DNA from: the human T2T-CHM13v2.0 reference genome, Homo sapiens
Reading direction: 5' to 3' (one strand)
DNA: 64,000 nucleotides
Assembly: GCF_009914755.1 (NCBI RefSeq)
Contig: NC_060932.1
The notes below the pieces were generated by a model. It made no database searches. It saw only the letters and a list, made by a program, of their open reading frames with translations, and had not been told where the DNA came from. Positions 10,922 through 25,100 of this stretch are shown here, piece by piece. The translations under genes and the position numbers were made by a program. Numbering within the stretch: position 1 is the stretch's first letter; each line of letters starts with the position of its first letter.

Positions 10922-13900
10922 CATTCTCAGAAACTTCTTTGTGATGTTTGCATCCAGCTCTCAGAGTTGAACATTCCCTTTCATAGAGTAGGTTTGAAAC
11001 CCTCTTTTTATAGTGTCTGGAAGCGGGCATTTGGAGCGCTTTCAGGCCTATGCTGAAAAAGGAAATATCTACCTATAGAAACTAGACAGAAGCATTCTGA
11101 GAATCACGTTTGTGATGTGGGTACTCAACTAACAGTGTTGATCCATTCTTTTGATACAGCAGTTTTGAACCACACTTTTTGTAGAATCTGCAAGTGGATA
11201 TTTGGATAGCTGTGAGGATTTCGTTGGAAACGGGAATGTCTTCATAGAAAATTTAGACAGAAGCATTCTCAGAACCTTGATTGTGATGTGTGTTCTCCAC
11301 TAACAGAGTTGAACCTTTCTTTTGACAGAACTGTTCTGAAACATTCTTTTTATAGAATCTGGAAGTGGATATTTGGAAAGCTTTGAGGATTTCGTTGGAA
11401 ACGGGAATATCTTCAAATCAAATCTAGCCAGAAGCATTCTAAGAAACATCTTAGGGATGTTTACATTCAAGTCACAGAGTTGAACATTCCCTTTCACAGA
11501 GCAGGTTTGACACAATCTTCTCGTACTATCTGGCAGTGGACATTTTGAGCTCCTTGGGGCCTATGCTGAAAAAGGAAATATCTTCCGACAAAAACTAGAC
11601 AGAAGCATTCGCAGAATCACGTTTGTGATGTGTGCACTCAACTGTCAGAATTGAACCTTGGTTTGGACAGAGCACTTTTGAAACACTCTTTTTGTAGAAT
11701 CTGCAGGTGGATATTTGGCTAGCTTTGAGGATTTCGTTGGAAACGGTAATGTCTTCAAAGAAAATCTAGACAGAAGCATTCTCAGAAACACCTTCGTGAT
11801 GTTTGCAATCAAGTCACAGAGTTGAACCTTCCGTTTCATAGAGCAGGTTGGAAACACTCTTTTTGTAGTATCTGGAAGTGGACATTTGGAGGGCTTTGTA
11901 GCCTATGTGGAAAAAGGAAATATCTTCCCATGAATGCGAGATAGAAGTAATCTCAGAAACATGTTTATGCTGTATCTACTCAACTAACTGTGCTGAACAT
12001 TTCTATTGATAGAGCAGTTTTGAGACACTCTTCTTTTGGAATCTGCAAGTGGATATTTGGATAGATTTGAGGATTTCGTTGGAAACGGGATTATATATAA
12101 AAAGTAGACAGCAGCATTCTCAGAAACTTCTTTGTGATGTTTGCATCCAGCTCTCAGAGTTGAACATTCCCTTTCATAGAGTAGGTTTGAAACCCTCTTT
12201 TTATAGTGTCTGGAAGCGGGCATTTGGAGCGCTTTCAGGCCTATGCTGAAAAAGGAAATATCTACCTATAGAAACTAGACAGAAGCATTCTGAGAATCAC
12301 GTTTGTGATGTGGGTACTCAACTAACAGTGTTGATCCATTCTTTTGATACAGCAGTTTTGAACCACACTTTTTGTAGAATCTGCAAGTGGATATTTGGAT
12401 AGCTGTGAGGATTTCGTTGGAAACGGGAATGTCTTCATAGAAAATTTAGACAGAAGCATTCTCAGAACCTTGATTGTGATGTGTGTTCTCCACTAACAGA
12501 GTTGAACCTTTCTTTTGACAGAACTGTTCTGAAACATTCTTTTTATAGAATCTGGAAGTGGATATTTGGAAAGCTTTGAGGATTTCGTTGGAAACGGGAA
12601 TATCTTCAAATAAAATCTAGCCAGAAGCATTCTAAGAAACATCTTAGGGATGTTTACATTCAAGTCACAGAGTTGAACATTCCCTTTCGCAGAGCAGGTT
12701 TGAAACAATCTTCTCGTACTATCTGGCAGTGGACATTTTGAGCTCCTTGGGGCCTATGCTGAAAAAGGAAATATCTTCCGACAAAAACTAGACAGAAGCA
12801 TTCGCAGAATCACGTTTGTGATGTGTGCACTCAACTGTCAGAATTGAACCTTGGTTTGGACAGAGCACTTTTGAAACACTCTTTTTGTAGAATCTGCAGG
12901 TGGATATTTGGCTAGCTTTGAGGATTTCGTTGGAAACGGTAATGTCTTCAAAGAAAATCTAGACAGAAGCATTCTCAGAAACACCTTCGTGATGTTTGCA
13001 ATCAAGTCACAGAGTTGAACCTTCCGTTTCATAGAGCAGGTTGGAAACACTCTTTTTGTAGTATCTGGAAGTGGACATTTGGAGGGCTTTGTAGCCTATG
13101 TGGAAAAAGGAAATATCTTCCCATGAATGCGAGATAGAAGTAATCTCAGAAACATGTTTATGCTGTATCTACTCAACTAACTGTGCTGAACATTTCTATT
13201 TATAGAGCAGTTTTGAGACACTCTTCTTTTGGAATCTGCAAGTGGATATTTGGAGAGATTTGAGGATTTCGTTGGAAACGGGATTATATATCAAAAGTAG
13301 ACAGCAGCATTCTCAGAAACTTCTTTGTGATGTTTGCATCCAGCTCTCAGAGTTGAACATTCCCTTTCATAGAGTAGGTTTGAAACCCTCTTTTTATAGT
13401 GTCTGGAAGCGGGCATTTGGAGCGCTTTCAGGCCTATGCTTAAAATAGGAAATATCTACCTACAGAAACTAGACAGAAGCATTCTGAGAATCTCGTTTGT
13501 GATGTGGGTACTCAACTAACAGTGTTGATCCATTCTTTTGATACAGCAGTTTTGAACCACACTTTTTGTAGAATCTGCAAGAGGATATTTGGATAGCTGT
13601 GAGGATTTCGTTGGAAACGGGGATGTCTTCAAAGAAAATCTAGACAGAAGCATTCTCAGAAACACCTTCGTGATGTTTGCAATCAAGTCACAGAGTTGAA
13701 CCTTCCGTTTCATAGAGCAGGTTGGAAACACTCTTATTGTAGTATCTGGAAGTGGACATTTGGAGCGCTTTCAGGCCTATGGTGAAAAAGGAAATATCTT
13801 CCCATAAAAACGACATAGAAGCTATCTCAGGAACTTGTTTATGATGCATCTAATCAACTAACAGTGTTGAACCTTTGTACTGACAGAGCAGTTTGAAACA

Positions 13901-16900
13901 CTCTTTTTTTGGAATCTGCAAGTGGATATTTGGATCGCTTTGAGGATTTCGTTGGAAACGGGATGCAATATAAAACGTACACAGCAGCATACTCAGAAAA
14001 TACTTTGCCATATTTCCATTCAAGTCACAGAGTGGAACATTCCCATTCATAGAGCAGGTTGGAAACACTCTTTTTGGAGTATCTGGAAGTGGACATTTGG
14101 AGCGCTTTCTGAACTATGGTGAAAAAGGAAATATCTTCCAATGAAAACAAGACAGAAGCATTCTGAGAAACTTATTTGTGATGTGTGTCCTCAACAAACG
14201 GACTTGAACCTTTCGTTTCATACAGTACTTCTGGAACACTCTTTTTGAAGATTCTGCATGCGGATATTTGGATAGCTTTGAGGATTTCGTTGGAAACGGG
14301 CTTACATGTAAAAATTAGACAGCAGCATTCTCAGAAACTTCTTTGTGGTGTCTGCATTCAAGTCACAGAATTGAACATCCCCTCACATAGAGCAGTTGTG
14401 CAGCACTCTATTTGTAGTATCTGGAAGTGGACATTTGGAGGGCTTTGTAGCCTATCTGGAAAAAGGAAATATCTTCCCATGAATGCGAGATAGAAGTAAT
14501 CTCAGAAACATGTTTATGCTGTATCTACTCAACTAACTGTGCTGAACATTTCTATTGATAGAGCAGTTTTGAGACACTCTTCTTTTGGAATCTGCAAGTG
14601 GATATTTGGATAGATTTGAGGATTTCGTTGGAAACGGGATTATATATAAAAAGTAGACAGCAGCATTCTCAGAAACTTCTTTGTGATGTTTGCATCCAGC
14701 TCTCAGAGTTGAACATTCCCTTTCATAGAGTAGGTTTGAAACCCTCTTTTTATAGTGTCTGGAAGCGGGCATTTGGAGCGCTTTCAGGCCTATGCTGAAA
14801 AAGGAAATATCTACCTATAGAAACTAGACAGAAGCATTCCGAGAATCACGTTTGTGATGTGGGTACTCAACTAACAGTGTTGATCCATTCTTTTGATACA
14901 GCAGTTTTGAACCACACTTTTTGTAGAATCTGCAAGTGGATATTTGGATAGCTGTGAGGATTTCGTTGGAAACGGGAATGTCTTCATAGAAAATTTAGAC
15001 AGAAGCATTCTCAGAACCTTGATTGTGATGTGTGTTCTCCACTAACAGAGTTGAACCTTTCTTTTGACAGAACTGTTCTGAAACATTCTTTTTATAGAAT
15101 CTGGAAGTGGATATTTGGAAAGCTTTGAGGATTTCGTTGGAAACGGGAATATCTTCAAATCAAATCTAGCCAGAAGCATTCTAAGAAACATCTTAGGGAT
15201 GTTTACATTCAAGTCACAGAGTTGAACATTCCCTTTCACAGAGCAGGTTTGAAACAATCTTCTCGTACTATCTGGCAGTGGACATTTTGAGCTCCTTGGG
15301 GCCTATGCTGAAAAAGGAAATATCTTCCGACAAAAACTAGACAGAAGCATTCGCAGAATCACGTTTGTGATGTGTGCACTCAACTGTCAGAATTGAACCT
15401 TGGTTTGGACAGAGCACTTTTGAAACACTCTTTTTGTAGAATCTGCAGGTGGATATTTGGCTAGCTTTGAGGATTTCGTTGGAAACGGTAATGTCTTCAA
15501 AGAAAATCTAGACAGAAGCATTCTCAGAAACACCTTCGTGATGTTTGCAATCAAGTCACAGAGTTGAACCTTCCGTTTCATAGAGCAGGTTGGAAACACT
15601 CTTTTTGTAGTATCTGGAAGTGGACATTTGGAGGGCTTTGTAGCCTATCTGGAAAAAGGAAATATCTTCCCATGAATGCGAGATAGAAGTAATCTCAGAA
15701 ACATGTTTATGCTGTATCTACTCAACTAACTGTGCTGAACATTTCTATTGATAGAGCAGTTTTGAGACACTCTTCTTTTGGAATCTGCAAGTGGATATTT
15801 GGATAGATTTGAGGATTTCGTTGGAAACGGGATTATATATAAAAAGTAGACAGCAGCATTCTCAGAAACTTCTTTGTGATGTTTGCATCCAGCTCTCAGA
15901 GTTGAACATTCCCTTTCATAGAGTAGGTTTGAAACCCTCTTTTTATAGTGTCTGGAAGCGGGCATTTGGAGCGCTTTCAGGCCTATGCTGAAAAAGGAAA
16001 TATCTACCTATAGAAACTAGACAGAAGCATTCTGAGAATCACGTTTGTGATGTGGGTACTCAACTAACAGTGTTGATCCATTCTTTTGATACAGCAGTTT
16101 TGAACCACACTTTTTGTAGAATCTGCAAGTGGATATTTGGATAGCTGTGAGGATTTCGTTGGAAACGGGAATGTCTTCATAGAAAATTTAGACAGAAGCA
16201 TTCTCAGAACCTTGATTGTGATGTGTGTTCTCCACTAACAGAGTTGAACCTTTCTTTTGACAGAACTGTTCTGAAACATTCTTTTTATAGAATCTGGAAG
16301 TGGATATTTGGAAAGCTTTGAGGATTTCGTTGGAAACGGGAATATCTTCAAATAAAATCTAGCCAGAAGCATTCTAAGAAACATCTTAGGGATGTTTACA
16401 TTCAAGTCACAGAGTTGAACATTCCCTTTCGCAGAGCAGGTTTGAAACAATCTTCTCGTACTATCTGGCAGTGGACATTTTGAGCTCCTTGGGGCCTATG
16501 CTGAAAAAGGAAATATCTTCCGACAAAAACTAGACAGAAGCATTCGCAGAATCACGTTTGTGATGTGTGCACTCAACTGTCAGAATTGAACCTTGGTTTG
16601 GACAGAGCACTTTTGAAACACTCTTTTTGTAGAATCTGCAGGTGGATATTTGGCTAGCTTTGAGGATTTCGTTGGAAACGGTAATGTCTTCAAAGAAAAT
16701 CTAGACAGAAGCATTCTCAGAAACACCTTCGTGATGTTTGCAATCAAGTCACAGAGTTGAACCTTCCGTTTCATAGAGCAGGTTGGAAACACTCTTTTTG
16801 TAGTATCTGGAAGTGGACATTTGGAGGGCTTTGTAGCCTATGTGGAAAAAGGAAATATCTTCCCATGAATGCGAGATAGAAGTAATCTCAGAAACATGTT

Positions 16901-19900
16901 TATGCTGTATCTACTCAACTAACTGTGCTGAACATTTCTATTTATAGAGCAGTTTTGAGACACTCTTCTTTTGGAATCTGCAAGTGGATATTTGGAGAGA
17001 TTTGAGGATTTCGTTGGAAACGGGATTATATATCAAAAGTAGACAGCAGCATTCTCAGAAACTTCTTTGTGATGTTTGCATCCAGCTCTCAGAGTTGAAC
17101 ATTCCCTTTCATAGAGTAGGTTTGAAACCCTCTTTTTATAGTGTCTGGAAGCGGGCATTTGGAGCGCTTTCAGGCCTATGCTTAAAATAGGAAATATCTA
17201 CCTACAGAAACTAGACAGAAGCATTCTGAGAATCTCGTTTGTGATGTGGGTACTCAACTAACAGTGTTGATCCATTCTTTTGATACAGCAGTTTTGAACC
17301 ACACTTTTTGTAGAATCTGCAAGAGGATATTTGGATAGCTGTGAGGATTTCGTTGGAAACGGGGATGTCTTCAAAGAAAATCTAGACAGAAGCATTCTCA
17401 GAAACACCTTCGTGATGTTTGCAATCAAGTCACAGAGTTGAACCTTCCGTTTCATAGAGCAGGTTGGAAACACTCTTATTGTAGTATCTGGAAGTGGACA
17501 TTTGGAGCGCTTTCAGGCCTATGGTGAAAAAGGAAATATCTTCCCATAAAAACGACATAGAAGCTATCTCAGGAACTTGTTTATGATGCATCTAATCAAC
17601 TAACAGTGTTGAACCTTTGTACTGACAGAGCAGTTTGAAACACTCTTTTTTTGGAATCTGCAAGTGGATATTTGGATCGCTTTGAGGATTTCGTTGGAAA
17701 CGGGATGCAATATAAAACGTACACAGCAGCATACTCAGAAAATACTTTGCCATATTTCCATTCAAGTCACAGAGTGGAACATTCCCATTCATAGAGCAGG
17801 TTGGAAACACTCTTTTTGGAGTATCTGGAAGTGGACATTTGGAGCGCTTTCTGAACTATGGTGAAAAAGGAAATATCTTCCAATGAAAACAAGACAGAAG
17901 CATTCTGAGAAACTTATTTGTGATGTGTGTCCTCAACAAACGGACTTGAACCTTTCGTTTCATACAGTACTTCTGGAACACTCTTTTTGAAGATTCTGCA
18001 TGCGGATATTTGGATAGCTTTGAGGATTTCGTTGGAAACGGGCTTACATGTAAAAATTAGACAGCAGCATTCTCAGAAACTTCTTTGTGGTGTCTGCATT
18101 CAAGTCACAGAATTGAACATCCCCTCACATAGAGCAGTTGTGCAGCACTCTATTTGTAGTATCTGGAAGTGGACATTTGGAGGGCTTTGTAGCCTATCTG
18201 GAAAAAGGAAATATCTTCCCATGAATGCGAGATAGAAGTAATCTCAGAAACATGTTTATGCTGTATCTACTCAACTAACTGTGCTGAACATTTCTATTGA
18301 TAGAGCAGTTTTGAGACACTCTTCTTTTGGAATCTGCAAGTGGATATTTGGATAGATTTGAGGATTTCGTTGGAAACGGGATTATATATAAAAAGTAGAC
18401 AGCAGCATTCTCAGAAACTTCTTTGTGATGTTTGCATCCAGCTCTCAGAGTTGAACATTCCCTTTCATAGAGTAGGTTTGAAACCCTCTTTTTATAGTGT
18501 CTGGAAGCGGGCATTTGGAGCGCTTTCAGGCCTATGCTGAAAAAGGAAATATCTACCTATAGAAACTAGACAGAAGCATTCTGAGAATCACGTTTGTGAT
18601 GTGGGTACTCAACTAACAGTGTTGATCCATTCTTTTGATACAGCAGTTTTGAACCACACTTTTTGTAGAATCTGCAAGTGGATATTTGGATAGCTGTGAG
18701 GATTTCGTTGGAAACGGGAATGTCTTCATAGAAAATTTAGACAGAAGCATTCTCAGAACCTTGATTGTGATGTGTGTTCTCCACTAACAGAGTTGAACCT
18801 TTCTTTTGACAGAACTGTTCTGAAACATTCTTTTTATAGAATCTGGAAGTGGATATTTGGAAAGCTTTGAGGATTTCGTTGGAAACGGGAATATCTTCAA
18901 ATAAAATCTAGCCAGAAGCATTCTAAGAAACATCTTAGGGATGTTTACATTCAAGTCACAGAGTTGAACATTCCCTTTCACAGAGCAGGTTTGAAACAAT
19001 CTTCTCGTACTATCTGGCAGTGGACATTTTGAGCTCCTTGGGGCCTATGCTGAAAAAGGAAATATCTTCCGACAAAAACTAGACAGAAGCATTCGCAGAA
19101 TCACGTTTGTGATGTGTGCACTCAACTGTCAGAATTGAACCTTGGTTTGGACAGAGCACTTTTGAAACACTCTTTTTGTAGAATCTGCAGGTGGATATTT
19201 GGCTAACTTTGAGGATTTCGTTGGAAACGGTAATGTCTTCAAAGAAAATCTAGACAGAAGCATTCTCAGAAACACCTTCGTGATGTTTGCAATCAAGTCA
19301 CAGAGTTGAACCTTCCGTTTCATAGAGCAGGTTGGAAACACTCTTTTTGTAGTATCTGGAAGTGGACCTTTTGAGCGCTTTCAGGCCTATGGTGAAAAAG
19401 GAAATATCTTCCCATAAAAACGACATAGAAGCTATCTCAGGAACTTGTTTATGATGCATCTAATCAACTAACTGTGCTGAACATTTCTATTGATAGAGCA
19501 GTTTTGAGACACTCTTCTTTTGGAATCTGCAAGTGGATATTTGGATAGATTTGAGGATTTCGTTGGAAACGGGATTATGTATAAAAAGTAGACAGCAGCA
19601 TTCTCAGAAACTTCTTTGTGATGTTTGCATCCAGCTCTCAGAGTTGAACATTCCCTTTCATAGAGTAGGTTTGAAACCCTCTTTTTATAGTGTCTGGAAG
19701 CGGGCATTTGGAGCGCTTTCAGGCCTATGCTGAAAAAGGAAATATCTACCTATAGAAACTAGACAGAAGCATTCTGAGAATCACGTTTGTGATGTGGGTA
19801 CTCAACTAACAGTGTTGATCCATTCTTTTGATACAGCAGTTTTGAACCACACTTTTTGTAGAATCTGCAAGTGGATATTTGGATAGCTGTGAGGATTTCG

Positions 19901-22147
19901 TTGGAAACGGGAATGTCTTCATAGAAAATTTAGACAGAAGCATTCTCAGAACCTTGATTGTGATGTGTGTTCTCCACTAACAGAGTTGAACCTTTCTTTT
20001 GACAGAACTGTTCTGAAACATTCTTTTTATAGAATCTGGAAGTGGATATTTGGAAAGCTTTGAGGATTTCGTTGGAAACGGGAATATCTTCAAATAAAAT
20101 CTAGCCAGAAGCATTCTAAGAAACATCTTAGGGATGTTTACATTCAAGTCACAGAGTTGAACATTCCCTTTCGCAGAGCAGGTTTGAAACAATCTTCTCG
20201 TACTATCTGGCAGTGGACATTTTGAGCTCCTTGGGGCCTATGCTGAAAAAGGAAATATCTTCCGACAAAAACTAGACAGAAGCATTCGCAGAATCACGTT
20301 TGTGATGTGTGCACTCAACTGTCAGAATTGAACCTTGGTTTGGACAGAGCACTTTTGAAACACTCTTTTTGTAGAATCTGCAGGTGGATATTTGGCTAGC
20401 TTTGAGGATTTCGTTGGAAACGGTAATGTCTTCAAAGAAAATCTAGACAGAAGCATTCTCAGAAACACCTTCGTGATGTTTGCAATCAAGTCACAGAGTT
20501 GAACCTTCCGTTTCATAGAGCAGGTTGGAAACACTCTTTTTGTAGTATCTGGAAGTGGACATTTGGAGGGCTTTGTAGCCTATCTGGAAAAAGGAAATAT
20601 CTTCCCATGAATGCGAGATAGAAGTAATCTCAGAAACATGTTTATGCTGTATCTACTCAACTAACTGTGCTGAACATTTCTATTTATAGAGCAGTTTTGA
20701 GACACTCTTCTTTTGGAATCTGCAAGTGGATATTTGGAGAGATTTGAGGATTTCGTTGGAAACGGGATTATATATAAAAAGTAGACAGCAGCATTCTCAG
20801 AAACTTCTTTGTGATGTTTGCATCCAGCTCTCAGAGTTGAACATTCCCTTTCATAGAGTAGGTTTGAAACCCTCTTTTTATAGTGTCTGGAAGCGGGCAT
20901 TTGGAGCGCTTTCAGGCCTATGCTTAAAATAGGAAATATCTACCTACAGAAACTAGACAGAAGCATTCTGAGAATCTCGTTTGTGATGTGGGTACTCAAC
21001 TAACAGTGTTGATCCATTCTTTTGATACAGCAGTTTTGAACCACACTTTTTGTAGAATCTGCAAGAGGATATTTGGATAGCTGTGAGGATTTCGTTGGAA
21101 ACGGGGATGTCTTCAAAGAAAATCTAGACAGAAGCATTCTCAGAAACACCTTCGTGATGTTTGCAATCAAGTCACAGAGTTGAACCTTCCGTTTCATAGA
21201 GCAGGTTGGAAACACTCTTATTGTAGTATCTGGAAGTGGACATTTGGAGCGCTTTCAGGCCTATGGTGAAAAAGGAAATATCTTCCCATAAAAACGACAT
21301 AGAAGCTATCTCAGGAACTTGTTTATGATGCATCTAATCAACTAACAGTGTTGAACCTTTGTACTGACAGAGCAGTTTGAAACACTCTTTTTTTGGAATC
21401 TGCAAGTGGATATTTGGATCGCTTTGAGGATTTCGTTGGAAACGGGATGCAATATAAAACGTACACAGCAGCATACTCAGAAAATACTTTGCCATATTTC
21501 CATTCAAGTCACAGAGTGGAACATTCCCATTCATAGAGCAGGTTGGAAACACTCTTTTTGGAGTATCTGGAAGTGGACATTTGGAGCGCTTTCTGAACTA
21601 TGGTGAAAAAGGAAATATCTTCCAATGAAAACAAGACAGAAGCATTCTGAGAAACTTATTTGTGATGTGTGTCCTCAACAAACGGACTTGAACCTTTCGT
21701 TTCATGCAGTACTTCTGGAACACTCTTTTTGAAGATTCTGCATGCGGATATTTGGATAGCTTTGAGGATTTCGTTGGAAACGGGCTTACATGTAAAAATT
21801 AGACAGCAGCATTCTCAGAAACTTCTTTGTGGTGTCTGCATTCAAGTCACAGAATTGAACATCCCCTCACATAGAGCAGTTGTGCAGCACTCTATTTGTA
21901 GTATCTGGAAGTGGACATTTGGAGGGCTTTGTAGCCTATGTGGAAAAAGGAAATATCTTCCCATGAATGCGAGATAGAAGTAATCTCAGAAACATGTTTA
22001 TGCTGTATCTACTCAACTAACTGTGCTGAACATTTCTATTGATAGAGCAGTTTTGAGACACTCTTCTTTTGGAATCTGCAAGTGGATATTTGGAGAGATT
22101 TGAGGATTTCGTTGGAAACGGGATTATATATAAAAAGTAGACAGCAG
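10922..22147 (+). repeat. (7-7-8) x3 super-HOR block, 3742 bp period (22 monomers)
   Basis: Anchors 10856, 14598, 18340, 22082 are spaced 3742 bp. The private SNV ttcGcagagc recurs at 12689, 16431, 20173. Confidence 0.9.
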
Positions 22148-25100
22148 CATTCTCAGAAACTTCTTTGTGATGTTTGCATCCAGCTCTCAGAGTTGAACAT
22201 TCCCTTTCATAGAGTAGGTTTGAAACCCTCTTTTTATAGTGTCTGGAAGCGGGCATTTGGAGCGCTTTCAGGCCTATGCTTAAAATAGGAAATATCTACC
22301 TACAGAAACTAGACAGAAGCATTCTGAGAATCTCGTTTGTGATGTGGGTACTCAACTAACAGTGTTGATCCATTCTTTTGATACAGCAGTTTTGAACCAC
22401 ACTTTTTGTAGAATCTGCAAGAGGATATTTGGATAGCTGTGAGGATTTCGTTGGAAACGGGAATGTCTTCAAAGAAAATCTAGACAGAAGCATTCTCAGA
22501 AATACCTTCGTGATGTTTGCAATCAAGTCACAGAGTTGAACCTTCCGTTTCATAGAGCAGGTTGGAAACACTCTTATTGTAGTATCTGGAAGTGGACATT
22601 TGGAGCGCTTTCAGGCCTATGGTGAAAAAGGAAATATCTTCCCATAAAAACGATATAGAAGCTATCTCAGGAACTTGTTTATGATGCATCTAATCAACTA
22701 ACAGTGTTGAACCTTTGTACTGACAGAGCAGTTTGAAACACTCTTTTTTTGGAATCTGCAAGTGGATATTTGGATCGCTTTGAGGATTTCGTTGGAAACG
22801 GGATGCAATATAAAACGTACACAGCAGCATACTCAGAAAATACTTTGCCATATTTCCATTCAAGTCACAGAGTGGAACATTCCCATTCATAGAGCAGGTT
22901 GGAAACACTCTTTTTGGAGTATCTGGAAGTGGACATTTGGAGCGCTTTCTGAACTATGGTGAAAAAGGAAATATCTTCCAATGAAAACAAGACAGAAGCA
23001 TTCTGAGAAACTTATTTGTGATGTGTGTCCTCAACAAACGGACTTGAACCTTTCGTTTCATGCAGTACTTCTGGAACACTCTTTTTGAAGATTCTGCATG
23101 CGGATATTTGGATAGCTTTGAGGATTTCGTTGGAAACGGGCTTACATGTAAAAATTAGACAGCAGCATTCTCAGAAACTTCTTTGTGGTGTCTGCATTCA
23201 AGTCACAGAATTGAACTTCCCCTCACATAGAGCAGTTGTGCAGCACTCTATTTGTAGTATCTGGAAGTGGACATTTGGAGGGCTTTGTAGCCTATCTGGA
23301 AAAAGGAAATATCTTCCCATGAATGCGAGATAGAAGTAATCTCAGAAACATGTTTATGCTGTATCTACTCAACTAACTGTGCTGAACATTTCTATTGATA
23401 GAGCAGTTTTGAGACACTCTTCTTTTGGAATCTGCAAGTGGATATTTGGATAGATTTGAGGATTTCGTTGGAAACGGGATTATATATAAAAAGTAGACAG
23501 CAGCATTCTCAGAAACTTCTTTGTGATGTTTGCATCCAGCTCTCAGAGTTGAACATTCCCTTTCATAGAGTAGGTTTGAAACCCTCTTTTTATAGTGTCT
23601 GGAAGCGGGCATTTGGAGCGCTTTCAGGCCTATGCTTAAAATAGGAAATATCTACCTACAGAAACTAGACAGAAGCATTCTGAGAATCACGTTTGTGATG
23701 TGGGTACTCAACTAACAGTGTTGATCCATTCTTTTGATACAGCAGTTTTGAACCACACTTTTTGTAGAATCTGCAAGAGGATATTTGGATAGCTGTGAGG
23801 ATTTCGTTGGAAACGGGGATGTCTTCAAAGAAAATCTAGACAGAAGCATTCTCAGAAACACCTTCGTGATGTTTGCAATCAAGTCACAGAGTTGAACCTT
23901 CCGTTTCATAGAGCAGGTTGGAAACACTCTTATTGTAGTATCTGGAAGTGGACATTTGGAGCGCTTTCAGGCCTATGGTGAAAAAGGAAATATCTTCCCA
24001 TAAAAACGACATAGAAGCTATCTCAGAACTTGTTTATGATGCATCTAATCAACTAACAGTGTTGAACCTTTGTACTGACAGAGCAGTTTGAAACACTTTT
24101 TTTGGAATCTGCAAGTGGATATTTGGATCGCTTTGAGGATTTCGTTGGAAACGGGATGCAATATAAAACGTACACAGCAGCATACTCAGAAAATACTTTG
24201 CCATATTTCCATTCAAGTCACAGAGTGGAACATTCCCATTCATAGAGCAGGTTGGAAACACTCTTTTTGGAGTATCTGGAAGTGGACATTTGGAGCGCTT
24301 TCTGAACTATGGTGAAAAAGGAAATATCTTCCAATGAAAACAAGACAGAAGCATTCTGAGAAACTTATTTGTGATGTGTGTCCTCAACAAACGCACTTGA
24401 ACCTTTCGTTTCATGCAGTACTTCTGGAACACTCTTTTTGAAGATTCTGCATGCGGATATTTGGATAGCTTTGAGGATTTCGTTGGAAACGGGCTTACAT
24501 GTAAAAATTAGACAGCAGCATTCTCAGAAACTTCTTTGTGCTGTCTGCATTCAAGTCACAGAATTGAACTTCCCCTCACATAGAGCAGTTGTGCAGCACT
24601 CTATTTGTAGTATCTGGAAGTGGACATTTGGAGGGCTTTGTAGCCTATCTGGAAAAAGGAAATATCTTCCCATGAATGCGAGATAGAAGTAATCTCAGAA
24701 ACATGTTTATGCTGTATCTACTCAACTAACTGTGCTGAACATTTCTATTGATAGAGCAGTTTTGAGACACTCTTCTTTTGGAATCTGCAAGTGGATATTT
24801 GGATAGATTTGAGGATTTCGTTGGAAACGGGATTATATATCAAAAGTAGACAGCAGCATTCTCAGAAACTTCTTTGTGATGTTTGCATCCAGCTCTCAGA
24901 GTTGAACATTCCCTTTCATAGAGTAGGTTTGAAACCCTCTTTTTATAGTGTCTGGAAGCGGGCATTTGGAGCGCTTTCAGGCCTATGCTGAAAAAGGAAA
25001 TATCTACCTATAGAAACTAGACAGAAGCATTCTGAGAATCACGTTTGTGATGTGGGTACTCAACTAACAGTGTTGATCCATTCTTTTGATACAGCAGTTT

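Noticed and set aside
13606-13622. CGGGG variant of the b/e CENP-B box as a possible knockout
   Set aside because: Only the non-core 17th base changes; the NTTCGNNNNANNCGGGN core is intact.
24049-24315. Novel longer ORFs (MKHFFWNLQV...) unique to this position
   Set aside because: They result from the 2-bp deletion at about 24097 shifting the satellite reading frame; they are not genes.
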